Shown: positions 58,108 to 64,000 of the stretch, piece by piece
Position numbering within the stretch: the first letter of the stretch is position 1
Layout: every line of letters starts with the position of its first letter
Virus record (IMG/VR): IMGVR_UViG_3300045999_010887
Span: 1-64,000 of that record
Reading direction: 5' to 3' (one strand)
From: a virus
Length of the DNA: 64,000 nucleotides
Position numbers and translations under genes: made by a program
The notes under the pieces: model-generated
The model's database searches: none
Told to the model about the DNA's origin: nothing
What the model saw: the letters and a program-made list of their open reading frames with translations, nothing else

Positions 58108-58554
58108 CTACGAATGCATAGCCTGGTGCTCCTGCCAAGCAGCTGCGTGCATTTCTGCTGCAGTGATTGGAGGTTCACCTGGTTCGTTCGGAGTTGGGTC
58201 GTAGTCGAGTTCTTCTTCCAGCATGGAGATCATTTCTTCGACTAGACCCTTGGCATGTGGTGTAAGGTGTTCATCCATTTCATGGCGCTTGCTCTCGCGA
58301 GCTTGCACATTCTTTAAGATGGAGTGAACTTCTGCAAGGTAGTAATACTCGTTCTGTTGTGCGTAATACATCCGTAATAATGCTTGAATTTCAGATGCAA
58401 CCTTGGGGCCAGCTTGATGAAGTGATTGAATGCGGTACAAACCAAAGTCCAAGATCGCTTGAATAGTTTGTAGTTGTGCACGCATCAAAATGTTCCTCGC
58501 CCTGGTACCAAGGCAAGGACAATCAAGCACTGATGTTTCTGGTTTTAAATGCAT
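58108..58554 (-). CDS. Protein with an RNA polymerase alpha-CTD-like domain
   Basis: LGTRARNILMRAQLQTIQAIL....IQSLHQAGPKVASEI. Confidence 0.6.
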   Translation of the reverse strand: MHLKPETSVLDCPCLGTRARNILMRAQLQTIQAILDFGLYRIQSLHQAGPKVASEIQALLRMYYAQQNEYYYLAEVHSILKNVQARESKRHEMDEHLTPHAKGLVEEMISMLEEELDYDPTPNEPGEPPITAAEMHAAAWQEHQAMHS

Positions 58555-58582
58555 GGTTGGTTTGGAGTTAAGGTTGGATTAA

Positions 58583-58624
58583 AGCCTGGGACTTACACCA
58601 CATTGTTATGTGGACGCCCAGGCT
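58583..58624 (-). ncRNA. Family B element, copy 4
   Basis: AGCCTGGG-CGT-CCACAT-AACA-ATGTGG-TGTAAGT-CCCAGGCT. Confidence 0.75.
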
Positions 58625-58687
58625 ATGACTGAAGTATTGGCATGTATTGGCACTTTGTACGTGCCACCCAATACTACGGTATAACGA

Positions 58688-59595
58688 TTACGTTGTCTTA
58701 GGTTCGAGCATGATCCAGCCTGTGTAGTTAGCACTGCTGCGATCAATGGTTACTAAGCCGTGTTCCTCCAGTCTTGTCAATGCTGTGAGGTATTGATCAA
58801 GCCTAGAGTTTTGGACGGGACACCTTGGTACGTAACACGGTGTGTTCTTGTACTTCTTCCTGTGGTTCAGGTAGTACAAGTAGATGTTCCGTTGATTGAT
58901 GCTCAATCCGACTGGCGGTGTCAGCGTTGATGTTGCCGTTGTCATCAGCAGTAATGTGGAGTTGATTCGGGGTAGACAGTAGCGTATCCGTTGGAGAAGT
59001 TGACTTCGTAGTTGTGGTACGTCGTCGAGAGACCGAGGCTTGGCTGGTCTGCGACTTCGTACTCGTCGAAGTATTGGATGAAGGCTTGGACCGCTTGCTT
59101 CTTGGAGAAGACACAGTGGGTGAGGACTGGGAGTCCTGCTTGGTACCACCATCCGCCTTCTTCTGGACCGCCGTAGTGGAGCGTCGTTTCGTGGACGGTG
59201 ACAGTCGTTGGGTCTTCATGCTCCCACTGTTGGTGGGTTGTGTATCGCTGGATGGCAAAACGTGCTTTCCAGGAGTTGGGGTAGAACTTTTGGAGTTCAG
59301 AGATGTAAGACATTTGATTGCATCAATGAAAGTTGTGATGAGAATTGAAATGATGACAATGATGTGAACAACAATGTCATCTTCGTGTTGCTTAGGCTTG
59401 GTCATCGTAAAGCTCCTGTTCTTGGTTAGGTGTATTAGTCACAGAGAAACCGACGAATTGTCCGTCGATTTCAATGAGTGACCATTCGGATTGATCAGCT
59501 TCACGCATGGCTTCTTCTAGTTCGTATGCACGATCAGCCATTGCGTCAAGCAAGTCTGCATTGCGCTGCTCATCAATGAAGCTAAAATCTTTCAT
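58688..59595 (-). CDS. Small ORFs (58688-58945, 58945-59313, 59392-59595)
   Basis: Coupled ORFs; YGGPEEGGWWY motif in 58945-59313. Confidence 0.55.
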
Positions 59596-59623
59596 GGTTT
59601 GAGTTGAATAAATGAACAGTTGT

Positions 59624-59675
59624 CCTGGGACTTACACCACTTATTGAGAAGAGTTCTCAAGAGTGGAGGCCCAGG
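59624..59675 (-). ncRNA. Family B element, copy 5
   Basis: CCTGGG-CCT-CCACT..AGTGG-TGTAAGT-CCCAGG. Confidence 0.75.
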
Positions 59676-59685
59676 TGATGTGTGA

Positions 59686-60192
59686 TTAGGCTTTGATGTC
59701 GCTCCAAGCAATACCGCGAGCGATATTACTGATTGCGCAGCCTGTCACGTTGTAACGGCGACCAATAGCTTGGTACGCCTGAGTTTTGCTTGTCCACCCA
59801 CCCATGTACTTCTCATCGTTGATGAGCAGTTTGATTTCACGTACTTGGCTGGGTGTAAGCTTAGGTACAGGACCGCGATAACGTAGATGTGTAGTACCAG
59901 AAGCACCAACAGGTTTGAACTGTGTTGTGGTCTTGGTCTCTTTCCTATCACGTTCTGCAAGTTCCTTTAGATAAGCCAAGCCCTGTTCCTTGGACATGAC
60001 AGGACCATTCATCCGTCCCCGTGACGGTTGCATGGGGGGTTGAGGGGGTGTCTCGATCCATGGACTGCGGATAGGAAAGCCAAGCGTTACTGACGTTCCA
60101 TCCTTGAGGATGGAGATGGTGACCTTACCATCCCTTGTAATCACAGAGACGTGATCGGGGGCGGTCACATCGAGTTGGCTGAGCGCGTCCAT
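59686..60192 (-). CDS. Protein with a C-terminal HTH
   Basis: KLTPSQVREIK...AIGRRYNVTGCAISNIARG..W. Confidence 0.65.
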   Translation of the reverse strand: MDALSQLDVTAPDHVSVITRDGKVTISILKDGTSVTLGFPIRSPWIETPPQPPMQPSRGRMNGPVMSKEQGLAYLKELAERDRKETKTTTQFKPVGASGTTHLRYRGPVPKLTPSQVREIKLLINDEKYMGGWTSKTQAYQAIGRRYNVTGCAISNIARGIAWSDIKA

Positions 60193-60330
60193 GAGTGATG
60201 TACTGGAGTTTGAGTGGACTGTTGGGTGAGCTGCCCCTGCCTTGCAGGATGCAGGTAGAGAATAGCTGGTACGTACAGAGATGCAAGTACCAGCCGTAGC
60301 GCTTTGCGTTTGCGGGACACCAGATGTAGG

Positions 60331-61019
60331 TTAGTCGTGTGGGATAAAGTCCGAGTCGTTGAGTAGCTGATGAACTGACAAGCAGTCTTCAGCGATCTCA
60401 TCTCTGGTGCAACCTTCCCATTCGATGGACTGGTCTTCAATGACTTCACAGCCAGCATCTTCGAGCTGGTCGTGGAATTGAGACCAAGTACGTGCGTTGC
60501 CCCAGACATGGGCATAACGACCGGAATGATCAGCGACTAGTGCGATGTGGAGTGCCATTGTTCTGTTGAGTAGGGTTGGAGTTGATGTTAGTGATGTCAA
60601 TGCCGATCAGTGCAGGCACTGTGAATGCGGCAATGATGAGGGCAAAGAGAGCAATGCCGTACGACCAAAGTTGATTTGAGCGAGTCTCAGTAGACTCACC
60701 ATAAGAATCAAGGATGATGTACTTGCCTTTGCCCATGGAATAGATGGTCTTCATCTTAGATCGTGGCAAGAATGTAACGGACGCAAACCAGATGATCTGG
60801 CTTGAAACCAGGCGGTAGTTCTTCTGCGTAGAACCACTCGCCCTTGACATCAAGCGAGACGCATTCGCTGTTTCGTGCAAAGCCAAGAGCTTTATCACCC
60901 TTGGTGCACCAAACAATGTAGACGCATGCGTCCATGCAAAGGATGTAATAATCATCCTGCTTGATATCAAACGTTTCAAGTGCGTCTTGAATGTCTGAAT
61001 GATCAAATGTAATTGGCAT
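60331..61019 (-). CDS. Small ORFs (60331-60558, 60530-~60736 membrane, 60756-61019)
   Basis: ORF track. Confidence 0.5.
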
Positions 61020-61103
61020 AGTGTTGTATGCAATGGATGCAGGGAAAACCCTGCAGAAAACCCACTCATCACAAGGATGAGAAGGGTTAAGTGCAGAGGT
61101 CAG
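61020..61103 (-). ncRNA. Family D switch element, copy 1
   Basis: CTCTGCA..hairpin..TGCAGGG-TTTT-CCCTGCA. Confidence 0.55.
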
Positions 61104-61510
61104 TTAACGTACTTACTGTTGATGCAGTAATACGTATCACCAAGGAATCCCTTGGTGTAGATCAGGTTGTGCCCTGGTTGGTTATGGCATGTGTTCTTGT
61201 AATGCTCATTGAGCATCTTCTGTCCACAGACGGACAGGATCATGCCAATACCAGTGCCAACAACGATGGCGATAACAGAGTCAGCCAGATGATTGTTAGT
61301 CATGATTCAGATGTCTTTCTTGGGAGTGATAACAAATGCCATGTCATCAGGCATCATGAGTGCAGCAGCACGACAACGAATGTCATGCAGCTTCTCTGAT
61401 GCATTAACCGATTGACATGTCTTGGTAGCAACCTTTGCTGTAGTCTTGGTTGCAGTTACTACCCAAGGCAGGAATTCACGTACGTTCTTCCTGAAATTAA
61501 GTGCAGTCAT
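61100..61510 (-). CDS. Two 67-aa ORFs
   Basis: 61100-61303 (TM helix) and 61307-61510. Confidence 0.55.
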
Positions 61511-61583
61511 GGCATTGAGTTGAGTGGAAGCAGGATATAGAATCCTGCAGTAAAGGGCCGAAGCCCCTTAGAGCAGGAATCAG
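61511..61583 (-). ncRNA. Family D switch element, copy 2
   Basis: TCCTGC..GGGC-TTCG-GCCC..GCAGGA-TTCTATA-TCCTGC. Confidence 0.55.
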
Positions 61584-63213
61584 AAGATCGTTGCGTAAAG
61601 ATTGTCGAGGTGCATCGTGGTAATGTACTGATAGTAATCAGACATTGCAGCTAATAACTCCTTGGTACCAGCAGGAATACCGTTACCAAGAGTTTGTACC
61701 TCACGTTCAATCCAACAAGGATTGCCATAGCAGTCATCAACTTCTACTTCATAACGAAGCATAGTTGATTCACCGCCATGCCAAGTGATACGCTCGGTTG
61801 CACCTTCGTAAGGGTAGTAGCACAGCATAGTGTTGTGTTGAGTAGATGCCACGGGATTGTGGCAAGTGTTGTGTGGGGGATTTGATCCCCCGGCATCACG
61901 CCTGGTCAGAAGACCATCACAACGTCGTCGGCCTCCATCATCTCCTCGAAGGACATGATGCGCACGTCATGCGTGCCTTGTATGCCGTTGTTAAGTTCGG
62001 GTGCATTGAGCTCGAAGTCGCATTGAGCTGCTTCGATTAGCGCCTCTTCCCACTGGAAGGAAACGCCATGTTGCACGCCGTCAATCACAATGAAGTACAT
62101 GGTGTTGAGTTAAGTAGATGCCACGAGATTGTGGCAAGTCTGAACCAGGGGATTGCACCCTGGAACGCCGCTTAAACGGACTCAGATAGCGTAACCGTTG
62201 GTGATGCACCAGTTACGGTGAAGCGTGTCATGCTCCTTCGGCCAGTCATGTGTAATGCACTGGTGAGCCGTTGCCTTGTCCACAAAATGGATGACGACTT
62301 GGCTACCAATGCCCATGATGGAAGCAGCAATGAGCACGCAGGATGCAATACGTTGAGTCATGATTGCGTTGAGTAGATGCCACGGGATTGTGGCAAGTCT
62401 GATGCCGGGAATTGAACCCGGCTGCGCACCAGCTATCAGAAAGGATGATAGTCGACTACCAGAAGATCTTGCTCCCAATCCTCAAAGGATTGGAAGTATT
62501 CAAGAGCTTCTTGCTCGTTGTCAAACACCTTCTCACATCCCTGGAAGTAGGCGTCTTCGAATGTGTAGTCAGCGTAAACAGCAAAAGGATTACGCTTAAC
62601 TTGAACGGAGTAATACATGTTGAGTTGAGTAGATGCCACGGGATTGTGGCAATAACTGGACCAGGGTTTGCACCTGGTCACCCGCTTTAACGGATCAGCT
62701 AACTTCGTAAATTGCCCATGACATTGAGTCATAAACCTTCCTGGCGATTTCGCCATTCGGATCGTTAACCTCAATGAAACGGTCAACTATTTCAGCCATG
62801 CAGATTTCATGGCTGACCATTCTCTGACAACAATCTTCAATTGCTGCCTCACGAAGTGAGATCAGCACTTCAAGAGTGTGCGCAAGAGCTTGGTCCACAG
62901 GATTCTCCTGTTGTGTGGTGCCCATCTCCACAGGGGGCAATAACTGTGGGAGGGTTTGCACCTCCCAACCCGCTTTAACGGATCAGTTGTTCTCCAGCAT
63001 CTCGTCCACGTAGGACTTGATAACCTGGAGGTGTTCGGCAGTAAGTACCTGGCTACGGCCATACTCAAGCAGGTCAAGGACCTGGAGCATGACTTGATCG
63101 CCAGCTTCCTGCCGGGTCGGTACGCCACACATATCGAAGATCTCTTCGCATGACATCTCAGTGATGTCAACGCAGTCGATCTGACGAACGGTGGCGATGG
63201 TGGTGTTGGTCAC
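61580..63213 (-). CDS. Six small ORFs of the array (61580-61828, 61906-62100, 62182-62361, 62436-62618, 62695-62898, 62983-63213)
   Basis: 59-82 aa, unrelated to each other, mostly acidic. Each start directly follows an element. Confidence 0.65.
61829..62986 (-). repeat. Array of five family C tRNA-like elements alternating with small ORFs
   Basis: Elements at 61829-61926, 62101-62186, 62362-62440, 62619-62701 and 62919-62988. Shared TTGCCACAATCCCGTGGCATCTACT in four copies (one substitution in the 62101 copy). Confidence 0.85.
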
Positions 63214-63228
63214 GGTGTACTCCGGTAG

Positions 63229-63262
63229 CTTGGACTTACACCACTGAAGTGTGGATGCCAAG
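63229..63262 (-). ncRNA. Family B element, copy 6
   Basis: CTTGG-CAT-CCAC-ACTTCA-GTGG-TGTAAGT-CCAAG. Confidence 0.75.
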
Positions 63263-63293
63263 AACACCTGGTGACCTACCACCTGAGTTGTCT

Positions 63294-63318
63294 GCTACGT
63301 TTAACGTCCAGCTCGACG
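63294..63318 (-). ncRNA. Family A pseudoknot, copy 5
   Basis: CGTC-GAGCTG-GACG-TTAAAC-GTAGC. Confidence 0.6.
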
Positions 63319-63521
63319 ATTACACTGCTTAAATCCCGACCTTTAACATCGGGATTAACCAAGTCTTGTATTACTCACTGTCCTATTTGGCCCGTGGGGG
63401 AGCGTAGCGCCACATCCAACCGAAATGTCAGGAAATGTTGACAATTGAGAGGATAATGAGTGGAAGACTCACTAAATGAGGGCTATATAAACCCCTGGTC
63501 GCCCAGGGGAAGAGATAACCG

Positions 63522-63842
63522 TCAATCGAAGCAGGTTGCTTCTATAACGAAGCTAAGATCTTTGGGTCTGCGTGTGATAAACACTCGCCATTGACGGATG
63601 TCAACGCTACCTTCGCTGCTGGTGTCATAGCTGTTAGCGTACAACTCTTGTTGAGCAAGCTCAAGCTCGTAGATGTACAGATAACTAAGCAACTTATCCA
63701 TCAAACGCTTCGGACTAATGTCCGCAGCTTTGAAGAATCCTGGTGCTAATGTCACCTTCTTGCCGTTAGCAAGTGCAGCAACTGCGCACTCGCAACGGTA
63801 GTCAACTTCGTAAGCGCTGATCGTAGCAATGAATGTTGCCAT
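63522..63842 (-). CDS. Hypothetical protein
   Basis: Probable start MATFIA. Confidence 0.5.
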   Translation of the reverse strand: MATFIATISAYEVDYRCECAVAALANGKKVTLAPGFFKAADISPKRLMDKLLSYLYIYELELAQQELYANSYDTSSEGSVDIRQWRVFITRRPKDLSFVIEATCFD

Positions 63843-64000
63843 TGTGCTGAATACAGTGGAACTCTGCGTTAGTACGGATGCGCAGCCCCCGTTACTTATC
63901 AACCTCCTTCTTTTTTTCTATCCGGTATCTCTCTCGGTTGGGGTGTTGGAGAAGAGTCAGGTAATTTTGTACCCTTTTCAGGGATATATGCGCCCGTTTT

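Noticed and set aside
58634-58676. GTATTGGCA tandem copy with an inverted partner as a third family D element
   Set aside because: Similar alternative pairing but no shared sequence or stop-codon anchoring; single instance.
61837-62652. 29-bp repeat GTTGAGTAGATGCCACGGGATTGTGGCAA as a CRISPR array
   Set aside because: Intervals are ~230-245 bp and contain full ORFs; no cas genes in the window.
61100-62986. CUGA junctions as hammerhead cores or selenocysteine recoding sites
   Set aside because: No CUGANGA plus GAAA core. What follows is a leader and a fresh start codon, and there are no sel genes.
61829-62988. Family C as genuine tRNA genes or integron attC sites
   Set aside because: No anticodon arm or correctly placed CCA; no RYYYAAC/GTTRRRY ends and no intact integrase.

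Overview
About 64 kb of a tailed dsDNA cyanophage genome, probably lytic. The host is inferred to be a picocyanobacterium from nblA-like, CP12-like and DUF4278 genes, an NtcA box and tRNA-Leu(UAA). Positions 1-22.5 kb (mostly +) are virion and lysis genes. They start inside a group I intron that interrupts the major capsid gene. Positions 22.5-54 kb hold replication and metabolism genes: prim-pol/D5 helicase, T7-like PolA, SSB, ThyX, SpeD, Gmd/ColD-like sugar enzymes, glycosyltransferases, Dps, a kinase, several HNH/EndoVII nucleases, tRNA-Pro and two candidate ncRNAs. Positions 54-64 kb (-) are an early-type region of small ORFs. The most striking unexplained signal is in 43-63.4 kb, where gene junctions are punctuated by four families of repeated, covarying structured elements that read as RNA on the - strand. 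Family A is a compact H-type pseudoknot (5 copies). Family B is a stem with a conserved CNU/UGUAAGU internal loop and a variable distal stem (6 copies). Family C is an anticodon-less tRNA-like element with a ~12-bp acceptor+T helix, which swallows the upstream stop codon and is followed by a hairpin; 5 copies form a ~270-bp periodic array. Family D is an A-B-A' switchable element (2 copies). All structures were folded by eye and no database searches were run.
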